From positions 28,743-92,742 of the forward strand of contig CALWRJ010000013.1 of NCBI GenBank assembly GCA_944383915.1: DNA of 64,000 nucleotides. Reading direction: 5' to 3'. Source of the stretch: an uncultured Clostridia bacterium (GTDB taxonomy: Bacteria > Bacillota > Clostridia > Christensenellales > UBA1242). The translations under genes were made by a program, and so were the position numbers. The notes below the pieces were generated by a model. The model did no database searches, was not told the DNA's origin, and saw nothing but the letters and a program-made list of their open reading frames with translations. The stretch's first letter is position 1; each line of letters begins with the position of its first letter. Positions 9,322 through 19,018 of this stretch are shown here, in pieces.

Positions 9322-9982
9322 TATTTTGACACTTTTTCCAGATAGTTTTGCGCCAATATTTCAAAGTATTCTTGGGCGTGCTTGCAAGTCTGGTGCGCTC
9401 GAAATTAATATTTTAAATATCCGCGACTTTTCAACAGATAAGCACAAAAAATGCGATGACGAGATTTTTGGGGGCGGAAATGGTATGCTTATGACACCGC
9501 AACCACTTTTTGACGCAATAGAAAGTGTTTTAGATGACGATGCGTATGTTATTTATCTTTCTCCAAAAGGACAAACATTTTCACAAAAAAAAGCAAAAGA
9601 ACTAGCAACTTACAAACACTTAATTTTAATTTGCGGGCATTATGAAGGTATTGACCAGCGCGTAATTGATAAATTTGTAAATTTAGAATTAAGCATCGGC
9701 GATTATGTCTTGACTGGTGGGGAACTGCCTGCTATGGTTGTGGTTGATACAGTTGCAAGGTTAGTACCTAATGTTTTAGGAAATGAAAATTCCGCCGTTG
9801 ATGACACTTTCGAAAATGACTTACTTGAATATCCACAATATACGCGCCCAGCAGATTTTAGGGGGATGAAAGTGCCGGAAGTGTTATTGAGCGGAAATCA
9901 TCAAGAAATAAAAAAATGGCGCAAAGCGCAAAGCGAAGCACTCACAAAAAAACGCCGACCAGATTTAATTAAAAAGGAGTAA
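9308..9982 (+). CDS. trmD: tRNA (guanine-N1)-methyltransferase
   Basis: LICGHYEGIDQR, SIGDYVLTGGE, LEYPQYTRP. Confidence 0.98.
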   Translation: MMKIDILTLFPDSFAPIFQSILGRACKSGALEINILNIRDFSTDKHKKCDDEIFGGGNGMLMTPQPLFDAIESVLDDDAYVIYLSPKGQTFSQKKAKELATYKHLILICGHYEGIDQRVIDKFVNLELSIGDYVLTGGELPAMVVVDTVARLVPNVLGNENSAVDDTFENDLLEYPQYTRPADFRGMKVPEVLLSGNHQEIKKWRKAQSEALTKKRRPDLIKKE

Positions 9983-9985
9983 ATT

Positions 9986-10852
9986 ATGTTTATAGAAAAA
10001 TATGGTTCAAGTTTTGGTCAGTTACTAAACGATTTATTTTTAGATAACAAAATAGGTAAGTACGATTATTTTAAAGTATATGTAGTAGAAGAGTACAAAT
10101 CATTTAGAAATGGAAAAACATATTATGAATTACAACTTATACCAAAAAAAGAAAGTACTGAAACAGTAGCAAGGAAGGATGTTAGGCGTGCCTTTATTAA
10201 TGATTTCGAAGTTGAGCCCAAATTGCCAAGTTCAAAGACGCGCAGTACCGATTTTAATGAGCAAGATATTGAAATCGCAAATAGAAATTATTTAAAAGTA
10301 ATGTTGCTTTTAAATTATAACGAGCGCGATATTTATGCCGAAAACTACATTCGCTACCAAATTTTTAAAAATCAAAATAGATTAAAGGGCTTAACTACCG
10401 ATGAGCGCAAAAAAGAAGTGGCAAAAATAAAAAAAGAAGCCAAGTCAAAGTTGGAAACGTCTTTGAGTGATTTAGGAAAAGAAGTACTCCTTACTTCGTA
10501 TTTTGGACATAGATGCGATATTAATATTCCAATAGAAGACAACATTATCTATAAAGCGGTAGAGGACAAAGTCGGGGATGTTCTTAAATATTATGGGTCG
10601 AGTAGATATAATCTTGATAAAAAAATCGAAATTATTAAAAAAGAGCGCATTCTAACCCCATGGAGTAATGGCGCTTCCGAAATGTTTGATAGGTCTAAAA
10701 TAATATATGATAGAATCGAAAAAGGTTGTGAAATCTCAGGGCAAAACCTACAAGCAATTTTAGATGATGTTATAAAATCTGATGTTATAAAAATTACACC
10801 AAAAAAGCGTACTGTAAACAAGCCAAGAAAAATTGCAGAGCGCACAGACTAG
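9986..10852 (+). CDS. Orphan hypothetical protein inside the trmD-rbgA operon
   Basis: 288-aa ORF with AGGAG RBS; no recognised motif. Confidence 0.75.
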   Translation: MFIEKYGSSFGQLLNDLFLDNKIGKYDYFKVYVVEEYKSFRNGKTYYELQLIPKKESTETVARKDVRRAFINDFEVEPKLPSSKTRSTDFNEQDIEIANRNYLKVMLLLNYNERDIYAENYIRYQIFKNQNRLKGLTTDERKKEVAKIKKEAKSKLETSLSDLGKEVLLTSYFGHRCDINIPIEDNIIYKAVEDKVGDVLKYYGSSRYNLDKKIEIIKKERILTPWSNGASEMFDRSKIIYDRIEKGCEISGQNLQAILDDVIKSDVIKITPKKRTVNKPRKIAERTD

Positions 10853-10860
10853 GAGATAAA

Positions 10861-11709
10861 ATGAAAATTCAGTGGTTTCCAGGGCATATGACAAAAGCCC
10901 TTCGCGAAATGGAGCAAAATATCCGCCTTGTAGACCTAGTTATTTATGTTTTAGATGCTCGCGCGCCTTTTAGTTGTCTAAATCCCGTCTTTACCGAAGT
11001 AATAGGGGACAAGCCTATTATTTATGTACTAAATAAGACCGACCTTGCAGATAAAGACGAAACTAAAAAATGGATGCAGTATTTTACAAGCAAAAATTCA
11101 CTTTCCGTTCCGCTCGTTTCTACAATGACAAACGCAAGTAAAGCAGTGGTAAGCGCTATGGAAAAATTGCTTGCGCCTAAATTAGAGCGTAACCTCCAAA
11201 AAGGCATAACAATGCCGTTGCGCGCAATGGTTATTGGCGTTCCAAATTGCGGAAAAAGCACCTTGATAAATAATCTATGTGGCAAATACAAGGCAATTAC
11301 GGGTGATAGGCCAAGCGTTACGCGTGCGACTCAATGGGTAAAAATTGCAGGAAATATCGAAGTTTTAGACACCCCAGGCACTCTTTGGCCCGCGTTCGAT
11401 AATGACGAAATCGCACACAACCTAGCATATATTAATGCAATAAAAGACGATGTTGTTGATGTCGCCGAGTTATCCCTAGATTTTATCGCAAAAATGCTTG
11501 AAATCAACAAACCAGCATTTTTAGAAAGATATAATTTAGAGTTTGATGCCGAACTTCGCCCTGTCGATTATCTAACCCAAATTTGCGAAAATAGGAAGTT
11601 TTTTATAAAGGGTGGCGAATTAGATTACGAGCGCGGGGCTAGGGCAGTGCTAGACGATTTTAGAAAAGGTCGACTAGGCGAAATAACTTTGGATAAGTGC
11701 CCAAAATGA
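10861..11709 (+). CDS. rbgA: Ribosome biogenesis GTPase RbgA/YlqF
   Basis: IQWFPGHM, DARAP, NKTDL, GVPNCGKS, DTPG. Confidence 0.97.
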   Translation: MKIQWFPGHMTKALREMEQNIRLVDLVIYVLDARAPFSCLNPVFTEVIGDKPIIYVLNKTDLADKDETKKWMQYFTSKNSLSVPLVSTMTNASKAVVSAMEKLLAPKLERNLQKGITMPLRAMVIGVPNCGKSTLINNLCGKYKAITGDRPSVTRATQWVKIAGNIEVLDTPGTLWPAFDNDEIAHNLAYINAIKDDVVDVAELSLDFIAKMLEINKPAFLERYNLEFDAELRPVDYLTQICENRKFFIKGGELDYERGARAVLDDFRKGRLGEITLDKCPK

Positions 11710-12050
11710 GAAAAAACCCGCATATTCTAGGCGAAAAAGGCGAGATAGAGGCTCTAAAATATTTAAAAAAGCATAAATATAAAATTTTAGAGAAAAACTA
11801 TACTTGTCCTATCGGCGAAGTCGATATAATCGCTATGCACAATAAAATGCTAGTCTTTATCGAAGTAAAAACTCGCGCTTCGTTAAAATTTGGACGCCCT
11901 AGCGAAGCAGTAGACGAGCGAAAACAAATGAAACTAAAAAATTTAGCTCTATTCTATCAAAGAGTAAAAAAGAAACACGATATCCCTGTTCGATTCGATG
12001 TTGTCGAAGTGTTAGATGACGAAATTAATCTAATAGTAGGAGCGTTTTAA
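11706..12050 (+). CDS. yraN: YraN/UPF0102 family endonuclease-like protein
   Basis: GEVDII...LVFIEVKTR...RFDVV. Confidence 0.92.
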   Translation: MRKNPHILGEKGEIEALKYLKKHKYKILEKNYTCPIGEVDIIAMHNKMLVFIEVKTRASLKFGRPSEAVDERKQMKLKNLALFYQRVKKKHDIPVRFDVVEVLDDEINLIVGAF

Positions 12051-12350
12051 GGCGCTACGCTAAACGCTTCGCTTCAATTTTGAATTGTGAATTTTGAATT
12101 TTGAATTAAGGCTAAAATAACTAATAATTAGCAATTAGCAGTTAGCAGTTATGGTTGGGTATATTCAAAGAGCATTACACTCGCCGAAGGCGTAATGAGC
12201 CTGCGGGGGCTCTATCCCCGCCGCACCGCGCGTAGCGGAAAAAGTTAATGCGAAGCATTTTGTTTTTTGTGCTTTAATGTTTTCACGAAGTGGAAATTTT
12301 AAAGCCTAAAAAGTAACAAAATAAAAAATTGAAAATTTGAGCATTTGCGA
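12051..12350. repeat. Intergenic element with heptamer repeats (AATTTTG)n and (ARTTAGC)n plus clustered small hairpins
   Basis: Visible 7-mer periodicity; ~38-nt segment matches 41918-41956 in reverse complement. Confidence 0.7.
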
Positions 12351-12424
12351 GTAAAATTATTTAAAAAACTTATCACTTTTGTATTGCATTTCATAAAAAT
12401 TTATGGTATCATACTACTATGACT

Positions 12425-12472
12425 TCGGGCGGTCCGCTGTGAAACGGAGTAAATATTCACAAGAACACTCGA
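12425..12472 (+). ncRNA. L19 ribosomal protein leader
   Basis: Stem with GTCCGCTG...GAAC core directly upstream of rplS, resembling the Firmicute L19 leader. Confidence 0.75.
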
Positions 12473-12499
12473 TTAATCTTGTTAAGGAGGTATTAAGTC

Positions 12500-12841
12500 A
12501 TGAACATTATTGCAACTTTGGAAAAAGAAGGCCTTAAAGAAAATGTTAGCGACTTCAACATCGGTGACACCGTTAGAGTGTATGTAAAAGTTGTTGAAGG
12601 CGACAAAGAGCGTTTACAGGCTTATGAAGGTGTAGTAATCGCGCGTAAAAACGGAAGTATTCGCGAGACATTTACTGTTCGCCGTATCAGTTTCGGTGTC
12701 GGCGTTGAAAGAACATTCCCTGTACACTCTCCGCGTATCGACCGCGTAGAAGTGGTTCGCAAAGGTAAAGTTCGTAGAGCAAAACTTTACTATGTCCGTA
12801 AACTCAGCGGTAAGCGTGCTAAGATTAAAGAAAACATCTAA
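12500..12841 (+). CDS. rplS: 50S ribosomal protein L19
   Basis: [26 protein letters not shown]. Confidence 0.98.
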   Translation: MNIIATLEKEGLKENVSDFNIGDTVRVYVKVVEGDKERLQAYEGVVIARKNGSIRETFTVRRISFGVGVERTFPVHSPRIDRVEVVRKGKVRRAKLYYVRKLSGKRAKIKENI

Positions 12842-12859
12842 TTTTATTAAATATAAATT

Positions 12860-12883
12860 GAGCCATATTTTCGGCTCTTTTTT
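12860..12883 (+). terminator. rplS terminator
   Basis: GAGCC...GGCTC followed by a T run. Confidence 0.65.
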
Positions 12884-13103
12884 GTTTTTATAATAGGGCA
12901 TACAAAATGCTTAACTCTTATTATTTTATTTAAAAACAATTTGACCGCAACCATATTTTAAGGGCGAAAAACGCTATCAATTTTAATTAGTAACAAAGTT
13001 TATATTGTCCTAATAGTTTTAAAACACATAAGGGCATAATTTATCTACTAAATATTGTTTATCGTATTCTTAATTAAAAAAGTATAGAGCGCAACTTCTA
13101 TAC

Positions 13104-13349
13104 TTATTTTTTTATATTCATTTCAATTTTTAACTTTTCTCTTTGCTCAATGTTATCAATTTCAAGCACTTCGTCACTGGCAACATCAAACAAAACACAA
13201 AGTTTTTGAAAAGCATCAAGGCTAGGTTCAGCACGCCCGCGCTCCCAATCACTTATAGTGTATATTTTAACATTTAAATAATCAGCAACTTGCTTTTGAG
13301 ACAAATTCGCTTCTTGTCTTAACCTTTTTAAATTTTCACCGAATTTCAT
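13104..13349 (-). CDS. Small XRE-family HTH regulator
   Basis: LKRLR...LSQKQVA...ISDWERGRAEP. Confidence 0.9.
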   Translation of the reverse strand: MKFGENLKRLRQEANLSQKQVADYLNVKIYTISDWERGRAEPSLDAFQKLCVLFDVASDEVLEIDNIEQREKLKIEMNIKK

Positions 13350-13468
13350 ACTCTTATTTTATACTAAAATAAAAATAAAAAAGGCGTTTTAGTAAAAATT
13401 ACTAAAAATAGTAAAATTTACTTGATTTTTTAAAAATATTTTGTTAAATTAATAATGATGTAGGGGAA

Positions 13469-13678
13469 TTACTCATCACCACCAAATAAATAATCAACCG
13501 AAACATCAAAGAATTGCGATAATTTGTAGATAACTTCAACATTAGGAGCGCGCAAACCTCTTTCCCAAAGCGAAACAGTATCTTGTGTAGTATTAAAATT
13601 TTTAGCGAATTCGTCTTGCGTGATATTTCTTTCTTTTCGCAGTTCTCGAATGCGCTTTCCCATAATTTCAACTATCAT
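13469..13678 (-). CDS. Small XRE-family HTH regulator
   Basis: RIRELR...TQDEFA...VSLWERGLRAP...FDVSVDYL; start probably 13678 (or 13663). Confidence 0.9.
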   Translation of the reverse strand: MIVEIMGKRIRELRKERNITQDEFAKNFNTTQDTVSLWERGLRAPNVEVIYKLSQFFDVSVDYLFGGDE

Positions 13679-13691
13679 AATATTATATTTT

Positions 13692-13765
13692 ATGATAAAT
13701 TGTCGTAAAATACTTGACATACGACAAAATGTACGGCTATAATTATAAAAACGACATATAGTCGT
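13692..13765 (+). promoter_or_regulatory. Divergent sigma-A promoter with three ACGAC-N5-GTCGT-like operators
   Basis: TTGACA 13714, TATAAT 13738; operators at 13692, 13721 and 13751. Confidence 0.75.
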
Positions 13766-13806
13766 TAAAAAATAGGGGTTTATCGTAAAATGTAATTATA
13801 TTCTAA

Positions 13807-14592
13807 AAATTTTTACTAAACAAAGAACACAATCAAGTTAACACTAACACAGACGGGAATGGTACTATTTCGGCGACTGCTAATTCGGTACAAAGTGGTG
13901 GTAGTGTTACAGTCACCGCAACACCAAATGCAAGTTATGAATTTGATTATTTTATAGTAAACAGCGGAAGTCCAATATATGAAAACCCGTACACCGTTGC
14001 AAACATCGCCCAAGACACCACAATAACTGCATATTTTAAATTAAAAGAATATACCATAACAATCACAACAAACGATAGAGTACTAGGCGAAGTTATGTAC
14101 AACAATACACTCACAAACGCAACTTCTCCAACAATAACGCTAACTCAAGTACACGGCACTAATATTACAAATATTTTCGCAATACCAAACGCAAATAGTG
14201 CTTTTCTATATTGGGAAATTAACAATGGCACGGTTACCACTAACATTGCAAACCCGCTAACACTCGAAAACATCACCGCAGACACCACAGTTACAGCAAT
14301 TTTTGCTAGCAATATTTCGGAAAATTTTTCAGTTGCATCAATAGGTGGTGGTGAAGCAAGAATTAACGGCTACACCGAAGGCGATAGTTATATACATTTA
14401 AGTGTATTTTGCTACACAGGATACACCTTCGCTGGTTGGTATTATGCCGATGCAGATACACCATTTAGCACGGATAAATCAATAGACCTAGACATTTCCA
14501 CCGCCGAAAGTAAACTTATAATTGCTCGTTTTGTGCCAACAAATTCAATCGCTAATGGCGAAACAGACACAGGTAATAGTGGAGTACTATAA
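13807..14592 (+). pseudogene. 5'-truncated InlB-B-repeat surface protein (C-terminal part only)
   Basis: Frame open from 13807 with no RBS or signal peptide; NTNTDGNGTISATA..VQSGGSVTVTA matches ~63870-64000; C-terminal domain resembles that of 39929-41728. Confidence 0.75.
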
Positions 14593-14619
14593 TTAAAAAA
14601 AATTCACATCACATTAAAA

Positions 14620-14648
14620 ATCTCACTTCAGACGAAGTGAGTTTTTTT
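14620..14648 (+). terminator. Terminator shared by the surface-protein family
   Basis: CTCACTTC-AGAC-GAAGTGAG followed by T7; similar to ~41836-41865. Confidence 0.8.
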
Positions 14649-14683
14649 AGAAATAAAGAATTAAACTGAGTAATACCTAAGTC

Positions 14684-14860
14684 CTAATTTTCCTGTTGTT
14701 CGTTAAGTTCGGCAGTTAATATGCGTTGTTTACATTTTAAATAGCGTTTTAAGTTGCGCGCAAGCCCTTTATTTCGCTTTACCAACAAAATTTGTTCGGC
14801 GCGTTCGATATCTTGGAGCATTTTGCTTATATTCTGCGCTTTCCTTCTTTCTTTTTTCAT
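14684..14860 (-). CDS. Small basic hypothetical protein (58 aa), below the ORF-track cutoff
   Basis: MKKERRKAQNISKMLQDIERAEQILL...NEQQEN*; weak RBS GAGTG. Confidence 0.45.
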   Translation of the reverse strand: MKKERRKAQNISKMLQDIERAEQILLVKRNKGLARNLKRYLKCKQRILTAELNEQQEN

Positions 14861-14917
14861 TTAAATCACTCTTTTTAATTAAATTTCATATAAAATTTAG
14901 ATTGAATGGGGGTAGTT

Positions 14918-15472
14918 ATGTTTTTTAATGATGAAAAATTACCTAGTGAAGATAGTATGCGCTTAATGCGTCAAGGTTATGCGCAAAAAGTAAAGACTTT
15001 GCAAAACGAAGGGGAAAAAACCGAAATGCCAAGTACAACACCGCCTACGACACCAACCACAACTAACGAAACCGATGACGAAAGACTTAATTTAATTGCC
15101 AGCAATATTGATTGGCAGACTAATACTCAATTGCTCAACAATTTGCTTTCGCGCACTCAAAATAGGTGTATGCGGTCTTTTATTCGTGGACTTATTCCTT
15201 TAAATGAGAGTGATAGGGACGAGATAAATTCTTTTTATACGAATAGCCGTGTGCGCCGAAACCCAAGCATTGTTTCAAATATGCCGAGTATGTTTAACCT
15301 TGCTTTGCGTGATTATATTCGTAACGAAAGCGAGTTGCTAGATGGCTTGGTGCAACTTTTGTATAATGAAAATGATGCAAACCGCAAGACTTCTATTTAT
15401 AATATTATACGGCGTAGGTTAGACGCGCTAGACACTTTGGCAAGTTTTTTGCAAAATGGATTTTTTGGTTAA
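14918..15472 (+). CDS. Hypothetical protein, probably late-sporulation/coat
   Basis: GGGGGT RBS; AC-N17-CATA SigK-like promoter at 14868-14890. Confidence 0.65.
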   Translation: MFFNDEKLPSEDSMRLMRQGYAQKVKTLQNEGEKTEMPSTTPPTTPTTTNETDDERLNLIASNIDWQTNTQLLNNLLSRTQNRCMRSFIRGLIPLNESDRDEINSFYTNSRVRRNPSIVSNMPSMFNLALRDYIRNESELLDGLVQLLYNENDANRKTSIYNIIRRRLDALDTLASFLQNGFFG

Positions 15473-15513
15473 ATTATTTTGTCTTTTTTGTGTAATGTGA
15501 TATAATTAATATT

Positions 15514-16830
15514 ATGAAATTAGAAATAGATAAAAGTTTAATTGATATTGCAAAGTTTTTTGCAAAAAATGGGGCAAAACTATATATAGTTGGCGGTTTT
15601 GTCCGCAATGCTATTTTAGGCTTTTGCGAAACTGATATTGATGTGTGCAGTAAATTGCTACCAGAATATATTACCAAAATGCTAACTAAAAACAAGTATG
15701 AAGTTAAGTTAATCAATAAAAAATTAGGGACTTTGCATATAAAAATTTTGTCGACAGGGCAAGAATACGAGCATACCACATTTAGAGCCGAACAATATAC
15801 GCAAGGTGGCGCTCATTCGCCTGAAAATGTGCGCTTTGTTGACGATATTCCGCTAGATGCGAGTCGCCGTGATTTTTCCGCAAACGCAATTTACTACGAT
15901 ATTTTAAGTGGCGAAATTATTGATTATTACAATGGCGTGCAAGATGTGGAAAATCATATTTTGCGAACAGTTGAGACTCCTGAATATGTTTTTGCGCGTG
16001 ATGGTTTGAGAATTTTAAGAATGGTGCGAATCTCGGCTGAACTTGGCTTTACTATTGACTTGCATACTTTTGAAGTTGCAAAACAAATGGCGGGGCAACT
16101 TGCAGACATTTCGCAAGAGCGATTTAATCACGAAATAGTCGCCATTTTGTTTGCTGATTATAAGTATGAGGCTATAAAAAATCCAAAAGCGCATATTGTG
16201 GGTTTAAAGCAAATCGGCGAACTCGGTGCTTGGGAATATGTGTTGCCAGAACTAACTGATTTGGTTGGTGTTGAGCGCGTTCGCGAGCTTTATAATAATT
16301 CTTGGATAAATTTGCTAGAATATGCACAGCCCGTTTTGAGAATACCTGCATTTGTTGCTGATATTTGCCGAAGTCTTGGGTTAAAAATGACGAAAAATCT
16401 AGTGTATTCGATTTTGGGAACGGGTGGCATAATGTTAAACAAAAATGAGTGCGCTAGGCAATATAAAATACTTAATGCATTTGAGCAAATTTTAGAAGGC
16501 GATGTTTTTTCAGACGAAAAGGCGCGTATTTTTATTCAAGTAATTAATGAATACGCTCGTGAAGTGTTTGGGCTTTGTGACTTGGCTAATATTGGGACAA
16601 GACTCAAAAAAACATATGCGCTTATGGAAATTGATGGTGTTCCGTTTAGTATCAAACAGTTGCATATTAATGGTTTCGATATAGCAGAATTTTATCCAGA
16701 AATCGAAAAAAGGCTTTATTCTCAAATTTTAAATAATTTGCTGCATACTTGCGCTATTATGCCAGAATTAAATAAAAAGGAATTATTAATAAAAGAAGTT
16801 GATACTATATATAAGGAATTAAAAAAGTAA
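15514..16830 (+). CDS. cca: CCA-adding enzyme / tRNA nucleotidyltransferase
   Basis: VGGFVRN, DID, TTFR, RRDFSANA, DGLRILR. Confidence 0.88.
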   Translation: MKLEIDKSLIDIAKFFAKNGAKLYIVGGFVRNAILGFCETDIDVCSKLLPEYITKMLTKNKYEVKLINKKLGTLHIKILSTGQEYEHTTFRAEQYTQGGAHSPENVRFVDDIPLDASRRDFSANAIYYDILSGEIIDYYNGVQDVENHILRTVETPEYVFARDGLRILRMVRISAELGFTIDLHTFEVAKQMAGQLADISQERFNHEIVAILFADYKYEAIKNPKAHIVGLKQIGELGAWEYVLPELTDLVGVERVRELYNNSWINLLEYAQPVLRIPAFVADICRSLGLKMTKNLVYSILGTGGIMLNKNECARQYKILNAFEQILEGDVFSDEKARIFIQVINEYAREVFGLCDLANIGTRLKKTYALMEIDGVPFSIKQLHINGFDIAEFYPEIEKRLYSQILNNLLHTCAIMPELNKKELLIKEVDTIYKELKK

Positions 16831-16957
16831 ACTTTATTAATATACCATTAAAAGTATCGAATTTTTGATATTTCAAGTATTTGTTTCCTTTCAATAATTC
16901 AAATAATAAAATATTTAAAAACAAAGCAAGTCTTAATAAAAAACTTGCTTTTTCTTT

Positions 16958-17197
16958 TTACCAAAGCCGAATTGTACCTTCAAACTTGATACAAAAACTA
17001 TTGTCTGGGCATTTTGGCTTTGGCGGTTTTGGTGGCGGACACGGACGCGTCCAACAATCATTTTGTTTTGGTGGATAACAGTAACCAAAGTCGTTATTAC
17101 ATTTTGGGCAATTTGGATTATTGTCACCGCAATTGCAAGGTTTTTGACCGCAATCATAGTATTTTAGAGTCCGCTTATAATCTTTAATACAGCACAT
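16958..17197 (-). CDS. Cys/Pro-rich small protein, probable spore coat/exosporium component
   Basis: AAGGAG RBS; many Cys, CPPPKPPKP; SigK-like promoter at 17249-17275. Confidence 0.65.
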   Translation of the reverse strand: MCCIKDYKRTLKYYDCGQKPCNCGDNNPNCPKCNNDFGYCYPPKQNDCWTRPCPPPKPPKPKCPDNSFCIKFEGTIRLW

Positions 17198-17374
17198 ATT
17201 TTACTCCTTTTAGCATAACAAGTTGTTATGTACCGCCCAGACATTATCAGTTTATGCAAAAGCATCTTATATGGTGAAAAAGTATAAATTTCGACTTTTA
17301 GCCAAAACTTAACTTAAATCGTTTGCAATAATTTTATCTTTTTTCTATAATATAAAAAGATATGGAGGTAAATA

Positions 17375-17734
17375 GTGGGGTATTTTGATTACTTAGACGA
17401 AGCAACCAAGGAACAGCGCGAATTTCAGTCCTTCGATGTTTGGGCAAAGGCGGGCACTTATGTTGGTTTAGGCTCATTGGTGGTAACAATTGTGGCAATA
17501 CTTATTTTTTGTCTAGTTATTCCATTAGGACAAAACATTTGGCTTGATTTTTTGGTTGGTGGGGCATTGGGAATAGGTATTACAGGTATTGTTTTTGCTG
17601 GTAAAGCCGTTAGTATGGCTCGAAGCATCCGTAAAAAAAGTGAAATAGGGCTATTCGCTCTTATTTGGGGAATATTTGTTATATTAATAGAATTGACCCT
17701 TTTATTAATAAATACTTGGATGTATTTAGCATAG
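17375..17734 (+). CDS. Hypothetical 3-TM membrane protein
   Basis: GGAGG RBS, GTG start, three hydrophobic helices. Confidence 0.75.
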   Translation: MGYFDYLDEATKEQREFQSFDVWAKAGTYVGLGSLVVTIVAILIFCLVIPLGQNIWLDFLVGGALGIGITGIVFAGKAVSMARSIRKKSEIGLFALIWGIFVILIELTLLLINTWMYLA

Positions 17735-17806
17735 ATTTTTATGCGTATTCATTTTACTTTTTGTAAAATTTGTGTTAGAATATTTATAAAATGCGAGGTA
17801 ACAGTT

Positions 17807-18115
17807 ATGCAACAATTTCTTTTTCCTGTAGTTTTATATAGAGATGTAGAAAATAGGGGATATACTATTGTTTTTCACGATTTGGATATTTGTACAGAAG
17901 GCGTTACTGTAGAGGACGCATTTTTAAGAGCAAAGGACTTTTTGGAAGTTTATTGTAGATGCGCTCTTGAGTACAATGGCGAAGTCGAACCTGCGACAAA
18001 ATTTGAGGAAGTCAAGACGGAGAATAAAAATATAGTTATGCTTGTCGATGCAGAAGTAAATGATAAGCAAGATAAGGCATCATATCCAAAGCAAAGATTT
18101 AGTTTTGATATATAG
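17807..18115 (+). CDS. HicB-like antitoxin domain protein (orphan)
   Basis: FP.V...GYTI.FHDL...TEG.TVEDA...A HicB N-terminal pattern; GAGGT RBS. Confidence 0.75.
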   Translation: MQQFLFPVVLYRDVENRGYTIVFHDLDICTEGVTVEDAFLRAKDFLEVYCRCALEYNGEVEPATKFEEVKTENKNIVMLVDAEVNDKQDKASYPKQRFSFDI

Positions 18116-18145
18116 TTTTTTGCTCATTAAGGAGGGCTTAAAAAT

Positions 18146-18931
18146 ATGATAGAAAAAACGTTTAGAAGCAAACAGGCCGTAGACCATATGAGTTATGCGT
18201 TCACTTGTGGATATTTTTTTGAAGATTTTACTCGTGGACGAAATATATACGGCAATCGTGCAAATTTAATAAGGCCAAAAGACCCTACAAAATTATTTAC
18301 AGAAGATTGCGAGTTTAAAAACAGCGATTTTCATACGATAGAAGGAATCAAACCTCTTGAAATAACACAAACAATTTTAATGACAAGGCAAAAGTTGGAA
18401 GCATTCTATACAGACAAAGAATGTATAAAAGATTTCTTGTCCAATTTTAAAACCGAGTTTTTAACAAGTGAGGACTTGGACAAAGTTGCTGAAAATTTCT
18501 ATGATAAAGTTGGTAAGAAATTATTAGCAAACAAAATAACTGATTTTAGAAAACTAGACAACTTTGTACTTGGAAGTATGGTGCTAGAATTTCCTATTAA
18601 TATAGTAAAGCATGTTGCGGAATTTCGTCACAGACAAGTTTTGACTCTTTTAACTCAAGACATAATAACCGCTGAAGATGCTCAACAGATGATTAAAATT
18701 TTACCTGATAACAAAGAAAATCTTATTGCTTTAAGGCAAAAATTAATAAAACAACGCGCTCAGGCTCAAGAGCAGAAGCGAATAGAAGCGCAGCAGCGGA
18801 CAGTCACAAAAGAAACAAAAGTTTATGATGATGATAGAAAGGAAATAGTTGCTATTTATCGCGCAATAAATAAGGATAAACAAGCAAGCCAGACTAATTA
18901 TTATGAAAAAGAAAAGGTTTCAGCATCTTAA
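18146..18931 (+). CDS. Orphan hypothetical protein with C-terminal coiled coil
   Basis: GGAGG RBS; 261 aa. Confidence 0.7.
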   Translation: MIEKTFRSKQAVDHMSYAFTCGYFFEDFTRGRNIYGNRANLIRPKDPTKLFTEDCEFKNSDFHTIEGIKPLEITQTILMTRQKLEAFYTDKECIKDFLSNFKTEFLTSEDLDKVAENFYDKVGKKLLANKITDFRKLDNFVLGSMVLEFPINIVKHVAEFRHRQVLTLLTQDIITAEDAQQMIKILPDNKENLIALRQKLIKQRAQAQEQKRIEAQQRTVTKETKVYDDDRKEIVAIYRAINKDKQASQTNYYEKEKVSAS

Positions 18932-19018
18932 AGTAAATTTAAGCAGACTTTATAACAAGTCTGCTTTTTGTATACTTTTCACACAAATGCGCAAAATATA
19001 ACAAAAGGGGTGTAATGT

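Noticed and set aside
13104-13765. Prophage immunity region
   Set aside because: No integrase, Cro, replication or structural genes nearby.
16881-17157. ORFs 16881-17078 (+) and 16933-17157 (-)
   Set aside because: Alternative frames of the Cys-rich gene, which alone has the AAGGAG RBS.
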